In this document: piece after piece, positions 11,113 through 23,855 of the stretch | How positions within the stretch are numbered: position 1 is the first letter of the stretch | Layout of the letters: each line of letters starts with the position of its first letter | DNA from: Camelus ferus | Lineage: Eukaryota | Length of the DNA: 64,000 nt | Assembly: GCF_009834535.1 (NCBI RefSeq) | Contig: NC_045696.1 | Coordinates: 12,340,001 to 12,404,000, forward strand | Direction of reading: 5' to 3' | Program-made: the position numbers and the translations under genes | The notes under the pieces: generated by a model | What the model was told of the DNA's origin: nothing | Databases searched by the model: none | The model's input: only the letters and a program-made list of their open reading frames with translations

Positions 11113-14019
11113 CTTGAGGAGGCAGATGGGTTCAAATGTCAGAGGATTAGACTTCTAGGTTGAGGAATTATGTCAGCAAATTCAAACCCTGAAGGTTCTT
11201 TAGAGGAGTAGAGTAATCTCATAATAAGCAGAATTGTGTGCATTTTTTTTAAAAAAAGGATTGTCTATTGTACTTTGAACCTCTATTTCATTTATATTTA
11301 AAATGTCTGATTTAATTGTTGCACAGTAAAATTTAAAGGTCACATAACATAGTAGAATTCATAAATCTTATAAAATGCTATGATAATACAAAGCTAAAAC
11401 CATCAGTAAAGAGATGAATTCTTTCCCAACATTTTCCAAATTTGTTTCCTCAAGTTGTTAATATATAATAAATATATAATTAATAATTCAAATGTATTCT
11501 TATATATTATGTACATATATTATGAGAGTGTGTTTTCCAGTAAGTTTGAGAAACACTAGGAAAACATTTAACAGGTTTCCTTACTTCAGAGCTAATGCTA
11601 TTTACAGCTCCAGGAACGGGATCTATTTGCATCCTTCTCCCAAATTGTCTGACCCTGCACAGTTTGTTCTTGAAATACCTAGTGACATCTTTCCTGGACT
11701 TAGTATTTTATTAGAACATCAGTTTGGAAGATTCCATTTTAGTTTACTGGTTTGTTGCTAAGAAACCAAGCAGTTTGACTTATTCTGTTCACTGAATGGG
11801 AGGGTTTGGAATGAAGGAACTATTCAAGGGGGCAGAATCCACCATCTCCAAATTGCCAAAATCTTGGTATTGTTCCTAAGAAAATGTTTCATCACACTGC
11901 ACCAAAGGTCTTGTGGAGAGAATGATGTCCCTCTGTCAGGATTCTGAAAGCACAGCAGGATCTTTTGCTGTCTTGTGGTAATTACTTCCAAATTCCATTT
12001 TAAAACTACCTCTTAACAGGTGGCCACATAAGTATCTTACTCAATGAGTTTATTTTCAGACACTAAAAAACAAAAACAAAAACAAAACAAAACAAACACT
12101 GTGATACAAACCTCCGGATGCTTCCTGGATTTCTTTTAACCTTGATCATGAATCAATGAATTGTGCCGACTCTTGGAGTCCCAGTCTACAAAATGAGTTT
12201 AATAATCCCTATTCTTCCACTAAAATGAGACAAGGACATGAGAGTTTTTGTAAATTGCTTAACTCTATGCAGATGTAAACGGTATTAATCAGTAACTTTT
12301 GGTGTAAACAATACATTTAGCGCCTTATGCAACTGAGTAGCCTAATCATTGAAATAAGTTTATTCACCTAAAAAAATGCATATACTCTTTGCATATGTAT
12401 CTACATTAAAACCAAGCTCACATGAATAAGAAAGATAGAAGTCAGAGTTCCCATAGATTGTCAGTTGAACCTAAGTCATATTGTGTAAGACCTGCTTGGG
12501 TATCAAGTTGGGACAATTTGTCCATTCACCTATAATCTCTGGAGAAAAAAAAAAAAACAAACAGGAATTTTTCCCCTTAAGGTTGTGTTACTCACATCAC
12601 CTCGTAAACATTTGATGTAACTGATTCACTCATGCTGTTAGCTCTAATTTCTTGTTTCCCACATCCCTCTATAAAATCATGACTGGGAAGCAAAGGGAGA
12701 GGATTGGATACAATGTCTGTGACACAAAATCTAGACTCATAATTGACCCAAGCACAGATTCTGAGTATTTTTATGTTACTCTGCAAATTAAAAGCTTGCT
12801 GTTGACGCACACAGTCAATAAATCAAACATAGAATCTTGGATTCCTTCCTCAGTTGTCCTTTTCACCAGAAATCCCCATATTCCAAACTCAGCTCAATGA
12901 GACCTCAAATCTGAAGCCAATTTAATTATGGGCCACTCACTGTTGTTAAAAGTGTCACAGCTGAATGTGAAAAACTGATGTTAGATGAGGGCACTGTTCC
13001 TCAGGCGCTTTTATCTAATTTCTAAAAATGTAGTTGATAGGGTTTGGGGTTTTGTTTTGCCTATTCCTAAGACTCTTAAGAAAGAAAAACTGCCAACATT
13101 TGCAGCCGGAATTTAAAAACAAACTGAGCAACACACCAAAACATGATTTGAACTTACTAAGTAGCTAAAAAGTCATTCATTTCCACCCACCCCCCAAAAA
13201 ATTAGTAACCTGAAAATAAGTATCAGGCAGAACTTAATCTATAGGTTTTCTAAAGCTCAATAACTAAAACAAAAGGAGAAGATCCCAATATTTTACAAAC
13301 ATAATCTAGACAGTTCATTTGGTTAAGTCCCTGATTTATAGACATTATAAACAACTGGGCAAAGCCATAGACTGCTGGAACGTCTTCAAAAGAATGATGC
13401 AAATGGCAGGAAGAAAATTAATAAGCACCAGATGCATGCATGAGCATTCAGTGTAACTGGCCGTGAGTACAGCATGTGCTGTTTTGTTTGTGATGTGTCT
13501 CCTTCCCACATGCGGGATTTGTAGATATCATACCCCAAATCACCATCGCAAAAGAACCTTGGCTTTTATCGATAACTATAATTTTAACAGAAGTGAGAGG
13601 GACGAGTTCTCAGAATGAGAAAATATATTTTTCCTCTCAGCAGAACACCCCCTTTCCTTCAGAAACACGCAAGTCATGGGTAACAAAAAACAATGGTTCG
13701 CCAGCGAATCAATCAGCTGAGGCAGGCAGCTGTGGGTTGGTTTTTAAATGTGCAAATCAGTTCCATCCATGGCCTCACTTTTGTTTCAAAGCATTTGTTT
13801 CTGATATATTGAGGGGAACCTTCCAACCAAAAGTCTTCTTCTTGACTGTGAACAGACCCTGCCTCCACTCTCTGTCTAAACTTTCACCATTTCCACGTCC
13901 AGTCACTTATAAAAGGGATATAGAACTAAGAGAGATGCAGCTGGGGTTGAAAAAAATAATCAGATGGAATGTGCTGGTCTCCATTAAATAAAAGGTTGAA
14001 GACTGTTGTCTTTTTAGTC

Positions 14020-14700
14020 TTTATTCATAAATTCTAAAAAATATGCAGTCAGTGCCTACTGGGCACCAGGTACCTGGAACTGAGGGGCATAATTATGAGA
14101 ATGAGAACCACAGTTCCAACTTCACAGAATTTGCAATCCAGTTAATAAAACCTAAAGATAAAAATATATTGAATAGGGGTAAAAATAAGAATTGACGTTT
14201 ATTTAAAATATAGATTTATTTAAACATACATATTATTTATGTATGTTCAGTAAATTAGTTTCACATCCAACTAGTCTTAATAATTCATTTGATGTTACTC
14301 ATTCAAACAGTCACATATCATTTACTCAACAAACACGTATTCTGCCAGATGCCAGCATCTTCAACCCTGAGGTAGATAAACAGAGGCACACATATCTTAG
14401 CTTTGAAAAGTTCAAATCAACCAAATGAGATAGACAAGCAAAACTGTACTAATACAATGTGGTAAGTGCCAAGCACGTAGTAGGTATAGAAAAGGAAACA
14501 TGCTCTGGCTGTAGCAAAATTGAGACCAAACAGCTATGTGGCTGGAGAGGAACTGACTAACTCTGCCTGATAGGGCTGGGAAAGTTTACACAGAGGAAGC
14601 GGCCTCTGACTTGAGTTTTAAGGGATGAATACATAGTTCCCAGACGGCAAAGAGTAAAAATGCTGTGTTGGGAAGAGGCAAGATCACAAGTAAAGGCGAG
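14020..14700 (-). mobile_element. L2 3' fragments (two segments)
   Basis: gtgcctactgggcaccagg…cacagttccaacttcacagaatttgcaatccag, then catttactcaacaaac…gaaagtttacacagaggaag…acttgagttttaagggatgaat. Confidence 0.6.
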
Positions 14701-16519
14701 GAGACCCCATTAAAAAGGTATTGAATAATCACTCATGCCGTCTCAGGCTCTCTTTGTGTGAAATTCTACTTCAGTTGGATTTACTCCATGTGCTGTGTCC
14801 TCGGGGGGAGTTTTGGTTTCTGTGCAAATGCATTTAGGTTCTTTCTGCTGTAGATAATTAGAGAAATAGGAAACTGGAAGTTGGGGGAAGGAAGCAGCAA
14901 TAAATCATAAAGCAGAGAAAGAAGAGAGGCAATGCAATAAAACTGGAGGAGAGAGAAGGAAAGCTGAGAGAAGGCTAATCCCGAGCCTTGTGACCGCGCC
15001 TTTTGGTTTATGGGTGGAAACATCCCCGAGGTTATGAATGGGGAGGGACTTTGTTACGTGGCTCTCACGTTCAAAATTAGCACCACTCAGCCCTGCATTG
15101 GGAAATGGAGGTTGAGAAATAAAGACTACCCCAAGCTTGTTTTCCAGCTCAGGCGTGCACATGAACGTGTGTGGAAATACGGTGACACCAACAGTGATGA
15201 AAGGTAATTTCAAGTCATAAAACCGAAAGGCCTTGGAGATGTGGATGGCAGACAGACACAGGAAAACTGCACTTGTGTTTTCACAGCATTAAGAAAAACA
15301 AATTTATAAGGATTATATTCAAAATATGGAGAAAAGAGATACTGAAAGCTCCTGGTGATCAAAGGAGGATACGTGAACAGGCATTCATTCTGTACTATCC
15401 ATTACCAAGTGAAGGTACATGCAATGGTATGCTCTGTGGTTGTTTTTGTGGTGCTATTTTCATAAACAGGAACTAGAGTCATCAGAATTTTGACGGGTTC
15501 ACTCATGATCTCATTTCCCCAACTTTATTTTTCCCTATTGGATCGTAAGTTTCTCACGTAAGGTTTACAGACATCTAACCCTAGGTATTGAGAAAGAAAC
15601 TACTGTATTATTTTCAGCTAAATTCACCACATCCCATTTGGCTATACACAGAAGGCCTCAGGGGAACAGCAAGAAATAAGTTTGGCAAAGGGAAACCAAA
15701 GAGTTTGAAATTTATCCCATAAGGAGTAAAAAAAAAAAAAAAAAATCAAGAAAAAATTGTAGGTAACTCTGTCTTGAAAATAATTGTTTATTACTGCCTT
15801 CTCCTCTTCACTATTGAAGGTTTTATACAATGCTATCTTTAACATATGTTGAGGCTTCCTCAAAATACAATAGAAAATTTATCTTTGATTGAAAACATAT
15901 GCACTAAGGAAAGTGATATTGCATGTGTACAAATACAAAATAACCAATTTTCTAAGTATAAGCATATAAATTCTTCAAACTGGAATGTAATATACTTTGA
16001 GGTGTCTTAGTTGCAAAAGAAAAAAGTCGTTTTTAGCTACATGCATTACTTTTTAGACAAATAGAAATTAAGCAACCTATTTGCCAGAGATTCAAGATCT
16101 CACTCCTGACTCATGCCAAGTGCATTTAAGAGATAAAAAGAAGGAAGTTGCTTTCTGGCATGACACACCAATCATATGTAAACCATATACAGTAGTGGTC
16201 TTCCTAGTGCCAGAGTAGCACAAAGCCACATGAAATCAATCAACACCATGATGACATCCTCTTCTCAAAACTCCCCTTTTGTTCCACAGCCATCAGACAC
16301 TGTGATCTTTAAAGCAGTTTTCCCCACTCTGTGCTGCTAAGTGAACCAAATCCTGTACTAAAATAATTTACTTTTTAAAATTCTCATTCATATTGTTGAA
16401 AGAAAATAAAACATACTGGTTTATTCCTTCAGTAGTCATAGTAATTAACACTAATATTATCAACTAATTTATAGACTATCCATTTAAAAATAAGCTTATG
16501 GTTTATTGTATGTCTTCTT

Positions 16520-17015
16520 CAGTACTTAAATCAGCCAGATTCGAAAAAAGAAAGAGTGGCACTCTCAGACTGGATCATTCCAGGGGAGGTTAATAAAAGA
16601 ACTATTTCCAAAGATGTGGACAAAACCAAAAATGGTAGTGCGGTACCCCATAAGAACAAGAGTGAAGAGCTCTCACCACTCCCAGATCTAAAGGAGGAAG
16701 AATAGAGTGAGGTTCTCAGAACCCAGAAAGGTGATTGGAAAGAGAAAACCATTGAACAGGAGCTGTGGCCTTTGGTAAGTGGGGCAGCCAACCCGTGGTG
16801 ACCCAGCCAGTAGCGAGCAGCAGAGTAAATACCCCACCTTCACACCTCTGTCTGCCTCAGACCTCTTGCCTGGGCCCAATTAATAGGCCCAAAGCAACTG
16901 GAAGCAAGAAGACAAGGAAACTTTTTTGATATAAGCCATACTGGTCAGCCCCAGGGGTGAAGTAGGGAGGGACAGATGAAGAATGATCTGGAGGGAAAGG
17001 GAAGACACTTAGTAC
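16520..17015 (-). mobile_element. ERVL LTR, LTR33-like
   Basis: The right end reverse-complements to tgtactaagtgtcttccctttccctccagatcattc, an LTR33-type start. Confidence 0.65.
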
Positions 17016-17084
17016 AAAGCTCCATGAGGGTGGAGACCATGGGTTTTGTTGGATGTTGACCCCACAGCCTAGTCAATACCTGGC

Positions 17085-17556
17085 TATATTAATTTCCTAA
17101 GGATTCAGTAACCAATTACCATGAACTGGTGGCTTAAAGTGAAAGAAATTTATTCTCTCATGGCTCTTAGGGTAGGAGTTTGAAATCAACATGTTGGCAG
17201 GGCCTTGAAGGCATGCTCCCCTTGAAGCGTCTAGGAGAGAATCCTCCCTTGCTTTTTCCTAGCTTCTAATGGTGGCCCTTGATCCTTGCGTTCCTTGCCT
17301 TGTGGGAGTATAACTCCAGTGTCTGCCTCCATCATCACATGGAGTCCTCCTCTCTGTGTGAGTCTGAATCCGAATTTCCCTCTTCTTATAAGGACATCAG
17401 ACATTGGATTAGGGGCCTAATCTCCCCTAGTATGACTATCTAAACTTAACTAATTACACCTGCAACAATCCTATTTCCAAATAATGTCACATTCTGAGGT
17501 CCCAGAAGTTAGAACTTCAATGTATCTTTTAGGGGGACACAGTTCAATCCATTCCA
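17085..17556 (-). mobile_element. MaLR LTR, MLT1B/C-like, inserted in an L2 end
   Basis: aattaccatgaactggtggcttaaa…aaatttattctctca…ctatttccaaataatgtcacattctgagg…ggggacacagttcaa. Confidence 0.85.
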
Positions 17557-17999
17557 TTGGTAGATATCAAGAAATTTGTGGAATAAATGGCACATTATCC
17601 CATACAACATAAAACAAACAACATTTTTTAAAACAAACTTTGTTGCACATTAGCTAAGGTATGAAGGTAGGGATGTGTAAAGCATATTGCCTCCTTCCTG
17701 GAACTCAGATTATAGTAGAGGAAATAGATACATGAAAAATTAGGCAAGCAGAGAACAATGTGAGCCTGGGGCAGACAGAGACCCCCAAAAGGCAAGTTAT
17801 CAATGCTGGGCAAGTCTTACATCAGAATAAATTTAATCATAGTTATCAGGGCTCACAGTGTCAGATTTCTAGGTTCTGAGAAAACCAACAAGGCCGTGGA
17901 TCCATCCTGATCTCAGAAAATTTCCTAAAGAGCAAATTAGCCTTGGGGAATAAAAAAATGAGAGAAACTCAATTATCAGATGTGGAATAATAATAATAA

Positions 18000-18230
18000 T
18001 GGTAATAATGATAATGATCACTGCTGTCCAGTTTATAGAGCATCTCATTATAACAACTCAACAGTCAGCATTGGGGAGAAGACAATACAGATAAAGAAAT
18101 TTACAGAGGAAATAAATTTAAATGAAGAATATTGTGACTTTCTCCACATCATACCACCAAATAGTGGGAATAGTCAAGACTCAAACCCAGGTCTTATGAA
18201 TAAGACTCAGGATTTTCCTTCCATACATCA
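18000..18230 (-). mobile_element. MIR SINE (decayed)
   Basis: acagataaagaaatt…gtgactttctccacatcatacc…aagactcaaacccaggtct. Confidence 0.55.
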
Positions 18231-18963
18231 TAAGATGGAAGTTTGGACAAAAGACACAAAGCAAAAAGAGCCTAATTTAGGAGCACTGATAACAACATCA
18301 GAATAGGACCAACTGTAAGGCAAAAGCCTATGATGTGAAGGTGTTTGACTCTCAGAGAAAGATTATGTCCCCAAGGTGAAAGAATTAACTAAGTGAGTTA
18401 TGTGGCACTAGCCATAACAGAAATGAGGACAGTCACCTTTATAAGCGTATATAAAGTCAAGGGAGTGAGCATGGTCTGAACATTGTAAAAAGGAACTTTC
18501 TAAAATAAGAGGAATATTTTCTTGAAACTTTTGGTTGACAACTGTCAATTCTCTCTTGGCATGTAGAGTACACAATGAGAAGGTCTGATGGCATAGGCTC
18601 CAGGGAGTAGCCTCCCATGTGTTCATATGAGGAAGAGAGAATTTGTTTTTCTCATGTAATCTGTCAGAGGCTGCTCTTAGACAAGATTATGATACATTGG
18701 CATGACCTTAACACTGAAATGGAAAAACTGAACCAAACTCACTTCAAGGGAAACTGGGGCTGAGCAAAGTTTCACAATAATGTCACTCCTATAATGCATC
18801 ATTTACGTGACACAAAACATGAGATTCCATGACATTCTAGAACACTAAATTGCCTCCCACTTCCTCTACGTTTCTCCCCACAACACACAGAAACATTCAC
18901 ACCAACTGCCCTTTACTGTAACTATGTACTGAGAATAGAAAGGAAGTGGGTGAGTGTTTAAAC

Positions 18964-19739
18964 ATTTTTTTTACTGAAGTATAGTTGACTTACAATATTA
19001 TACTAGTCTCAGGTGTACAACACAGTGATTTAATATTTTTGTAGATTACACACGTACAAAGTTATTATAATGTTATTGACTATGTGTCCTGTGCTATACA
19101 TCTGTATGTAATATATATTAAAAAGAAGGATTTTTAGCATATGCAACTTTAATAAACCAAAAGAAAAAGTCCCAAATGTACAAGTGAAAAAATATCCAAA
19201 ATGTTGACACAGGCTTAACTAGTATCAGTTACTTTTACGTGCAGCTGTATAAGTTCAAAAAGCTATCCTATATGTATGTACAAAAGTTGTTTATACATAC
19301 CCCATTTATTTTATAACTAGTAGCTTGTACCTCTCAATCCTCTTCACCTATTTTGCCCAACCCCCAACTCCCCTCCCCTCCAGCAACCACTGTTTGTTCT
19401 CTGTATCTATGTTTGTTTTGGTCTTTAGATTCCACATATAAGAGAAAACATACGGTATCTGTCTTTCTCCACCTGATTTATTTCACTTAACAGAATATCC
19501 TTCCAGTCCATCCATGTTGTCACAAATATTAAGATTTCATTCTTTTTTATGCCTGAGTAATATTCCATTGTGTACATATACCTCATCTTGTTTATCCATT
19601 CATCTATCAATGGACACTTAGGTTGCTTTCATATCTTGGCTACTGTAAATACTGCTGTAATGAGCATTGGGGTGCATATATCTTTTCAAAATAGTGGTTT
19701 TGTTTCCTTCAAACACTCAGAAGTGGAATTGCTGGATTG
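18964..19739 (-). mobile_element. 5'-truncated L1 (ORF2 end plus 3'UTR), interrupted by a 190-bp foreign insert at 19102-19291
   Basis: ORF 19425-19610(-) DEWINKMRYMYTMEYYSGIKKNEI…FSLICGI is the L1 ORF2 C-terminus. Imperfect TSD taaacattttttttac / taaatattctttttac. Confidence 0.9.
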
Positions 19740-21829
19740 TAAATATTCTTTTTACATTTATATGTATGTGTATAAGCATCTGTGAATGTAAGCCTTAGCT
19801 TTCCTGCTTTCCTAGGTGGTAGGATCTCTTGACTGATAGAATGATCCCAATAACAATACAGAAAAAATAGCTACAAATAAGATACAGGCTTCTTACTTGG
19901 GAAAACCAAGTATTAACAATGAACAGAAGTAAAAGAACGGGGGCTTGTCTCAGCAAACTCTCATTAAAAGTGAAGAGCTGTCGAGAAACGTAGATCTGCA
20001 AAAGGATACGAGTATTTGTGAAACCTTCCCTTTACTTTTTGCAACAAATACATATTGCTTTCAAGATAACAAAAATAAACATTTGAAGAAAAAAGCTAAT
20101 GGAAGGAGGCTCTTTTTAAGAATTACTAACTGAATCAATATCTTTGCTTTTTTGTTTCTCTCCCCTTCCCCTTGCTCGGGTGACTCTAAGTAGTGATTGA
20201 AGACATAGATTCAAGGGATGCTAATGCTACAATGGACTTAGATGTTATTTACCAGTCCATTGGTTCAAAAAGACTATTTCCAAAGAATACTCTGTTCAAA
20301 TTAAATAAAAATCCAACGTAAAATACAGCTTTGTCCTGGTTGACATCCACTTGGGTCCTTTTCTCTCCCAGCCTCTATCTGCAATGCTTCCTAAAGGGAT
20401 TCTGGGTAACTCCATGCAGAGTACTTGCTTAGTAGAATTTTTCCCATGTTAGAAATGAAAAAAAAAAAAAAAAGATGAAGGGATCCAACATCACGCATGA
20501 AGGTAGTACACAGCAGATCAACATTTCTTCCTTGCTTTTTCAGCTCTTAAATTTGTCTTCTCATCCCTAATTCATTTGGTAGCTCTGCAGAATGACTTCC
20601 CAGAGGAGGAAGACTGAAAACTGCACCAAATAACTGAAAAGTGACTTACTTTCCTTTTCTTTTATTTCAAGAAATCAAAACACCCGGCTGTGCAATGCAC
20701 AGCCTTTGAAACTAACATGTAATCACAGAATATTTAATTATGGCCCACTTACTGATAGTATCCGTTTTATGTGAACTGTTACGTGGCAACTAAATTTCTC
20801 AGATTACCATTTTTTAGAAAGTTCCCCCGAGTGCGTCAATGGTAAGGGATCCATTTTCCAAACCTGTCTTATTTCCTTAGTGAGTCAGTCTCTCAAAGCT
20901 TATTTTGTAGTCATTGTTTGTATTATAAAAGTAATTAATCCCTAAAGGAAGAAGAACAACTACATGTAGTCTCTATGAAATTCCTAGCCTAAAAAGTCAT
21001 TGCAAATGGCTTGCTTTCCTAAGCATTGCTTAATACTACCTAACTATGACTAGCACTGCACAAAATTATAGAACACATGGGAGAAGACTATGGCAACAGC
21101 GGAGCTTGGAAAAATATGTGTATTGGAAGGAAACAGTATAATGCTGGTGAGCAATGAAAAGAATAATCTTGAAAAAAATAAAAGGAGCATATGAGAGTTT
21201 GGTGTATTGTGCTTTTCCAAACGTATGGCTTTATTTAGCAAACGTGGGGCGGTCTTTATTTTTTCCATTATTATTACTCGTGTGTCAGCAGGCATAGCTT
21301 AGCCTTCTCCTTCTTAGGTCTGACGCTGAGTCAACGTTTAGCATCCAAACCGCACAGAAACTATTTTTTCCCTTAGAAAGTGCTCATCTGATGACTTAAT
21401 AAAAGTATTTTAATGGTTGGAAAGAGAAAAAACATGTTTGCCTTATTCTTTCAGATTGAAAGCTGCTAAAGTTTTCTAGAAAACACTCATGTCAGCAACA
21501 TCCAAAAAGGAGAAGGTTTGGGGATGTAATCTATCTGACTCTGGGTTACTCCTACCATTCCTGTACTTGAAAGCCAGAGTGATCTATTCAGATGCAGAAC
21601 AGAAATTACTACAAGAAATGGCGCACAGGTGGCCATTTCTTACAGGATGCTGACTGCTGACTTCTAGGTGACTTCCTGCACCTTGGACTTTGCATTTACC
21701 AAATTGTCCTGAAGTCAGGACAGTTGACCACTGAGGCAATTTCAGTAAAAGCAAAGCAAGAAAGAGTGAAAGACTATAGCATTGAAGTCATGAGTAATAA
21801 CAACACTACCACTAGTAGTAAGAGCAGAA

Positions 21830-22050
21830 GCTTTTTAACATTTACTGTATTGCAGCCACTAAGCTAAGCACTGCATGCATTGTTTTCCTACTCTCACAAC
21901 AACCCCTTCATCTCTGTTTTGCAGATGTGGAAAATGGAAGCTTAGGAAAGTTAGGTAATTCATCCAAGTTCGCAGAGCTAGTAAATCACAGAGCCAGTAT
22001 TAGGAGTCTGTTTTTCCCCCACCCCCAAAATCCAGTACTCTGTCTGTAAT
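21830..22050 (-). mobile_element. MIR SINE
   Basis: ctcacaacaacccc…ttttgcagatgtggaaaatggaagcttaggaaagttaggtaattcatccaagttcgcagagctagtaa. Confidence 0.8.
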
Positions 22051-23674
22051 CAGTACATAATGCCACGTACATCTCTGAAGAGAAGGAGTTGGACCAGACA
22101 GATGATCTGTAAATTCCAGGTGAACTCTTTCAAGCTTTTAATTTCATACCAACAATCGTCTTCCAAATCTCTACTAGGAGAGAAATAGTTCATCGTCTCT
22201 TACCACACATGGGAGCACAGTCAGCAACAGCAACTTTTCCAGTCTCATTTCTCAAAGCATCCCATTCCTCTGTAACCCATGTTCCAAGTGAACTGAGTAT
22301 CATGCTCCACATGAGTCATTTCTGAATACTTTTCGCCTCTCTGACTTTGTATTCACTGCCCTGTTTTGCTATTCTCACTAGTTTCTACCTTCTCACACCC
22401 GTACCTACCAAAAGCCAAATTAGACTATAATTTTCAGACTAAATACACTTTCTCCACAAAGCTTTCTTGTTAAACAACATATGCTGTATGCACAATTTCT
22501 AATTAGCAGCCATGTCCATCCCACGAGATATTCTAGACTTCTTTTTTATGAACCACCCATGCAGGCACCACACATTCATAAGGCACAAAACTATCTAATA
22601 CCTCTGTGTGCCCATTATGGAGGTAGGTTATCCCCTCACACCCCTCAACCTAGCCCCACATTCATTTGAGTCAAGTACAGCCAATGAGGTCATAATGCAC
22701 TGCTTATTTGCATTCTATCCAAATCAGGCAATTTTTTTTTAATTTTAGTTTCATGTAGTTTGCTTCTAAAATCTCAATCAGATGTATGTCTCCCTTAATA
22801 AGCAAAACTATTGAATGTAAAAAAAAAAAAAGAATTTGATGTTTAAGTCCAAGGACAATCGACCTCTTTAGCCCTACAGACAACACTGAGTACAAAAAAG
22901 ACTAACTGGTAACATCACAAATCCTTGGTGGACCTAAAATTTAAGTAAGGAGAAAGGAAACACAATGTAGACAAAGACAAAAGTAGAAAGGGTGAGAGTA
23001 GAAACTTACAAAATAAAGATGAGTGTATGCTGAGAATGAAAGGTCCTTCGTGAGCAGGTAGATTCCATGTACAATAAGACATACTCAAGGAACTCATTCC
23101 CCATGGAAGAAATTGCCATTGGATCTATACTTCAAAATGCAAAGTGTGACAGAATGGCTTTTTAAACACTTTAACCTAGAGAGAAAAACACAGACAAAGG
23201 CATTCCAGTATAAAGAATACACTTCTCAAATTTGGGAGTAGGCTGAAGAGTTGCCCCTAAACTAAGAGTTAGTTGACCTAGAGCCAGGACTAACTAACCC
23301 ATGACCTGGTCAACTGCATGTGGTTTTGTGGTTGCCTCAAGAATTCTCCCAGGCCAGTGGTAACTGATTCCAAAAATCATGCTGTAATAAGTTGAAAATA
23401 TATCTGTCCTTCACACTGCTGACCTTTGATTCTTTCACTCATATTTAACCCTTTGATCTTCAATTATAAATCCCACCTAATAGAGCTGGTTAAATAAGAA
23501 AACCTTGCTTACTTATGGAAAATAATAAAGAAGTTGCTCAGTGCCACTCAAATTATGGTATATTTGATTTTCTGTGAAGTTCAGGTAAAATCACCATGAA
23601 AAGACCCAAAATAAACAGACTTGCTCAGACACAAAGAGCAAAACAAACTGCAGGAATGTTAGGGCCTAAGCCAG

Positions 23675-23855
23675 ATGTTCTCGAGATTTGTAATTATTTA
23701 GAATCACCCGGGGGGCACAAAAAAGAACTGATTTCTGGGTCTCCACCCTCAGACCAATTATATCGGACATTCTGGGATTGGACTTGGACATCAGTTTTCT
23801 TTGAAAGGTTCTCAAGTGATTGTAGCAGGCAACAGGTTAGGTAGAGAACCACTAG
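23675..23855. mobile_element. hAT MITE, MER5A/B-like
   Basis: gttctc…tagaatcacccgggg…ccaccctcagaccaatt…caagtgatt…gagaaccact terminal inverted repeats. Confidence 0.75.

Noticed and set aside
13593..13991. 132-aa ORF
   Set aside because: GTG start, no recognisable domain and no clear exon boundaries; better explained as non-coding motif-rich DNA.
17980..18306. 108-aa Asn-rich ORF
   Set aside because: It reads through an (AAT)n run and a MIR.
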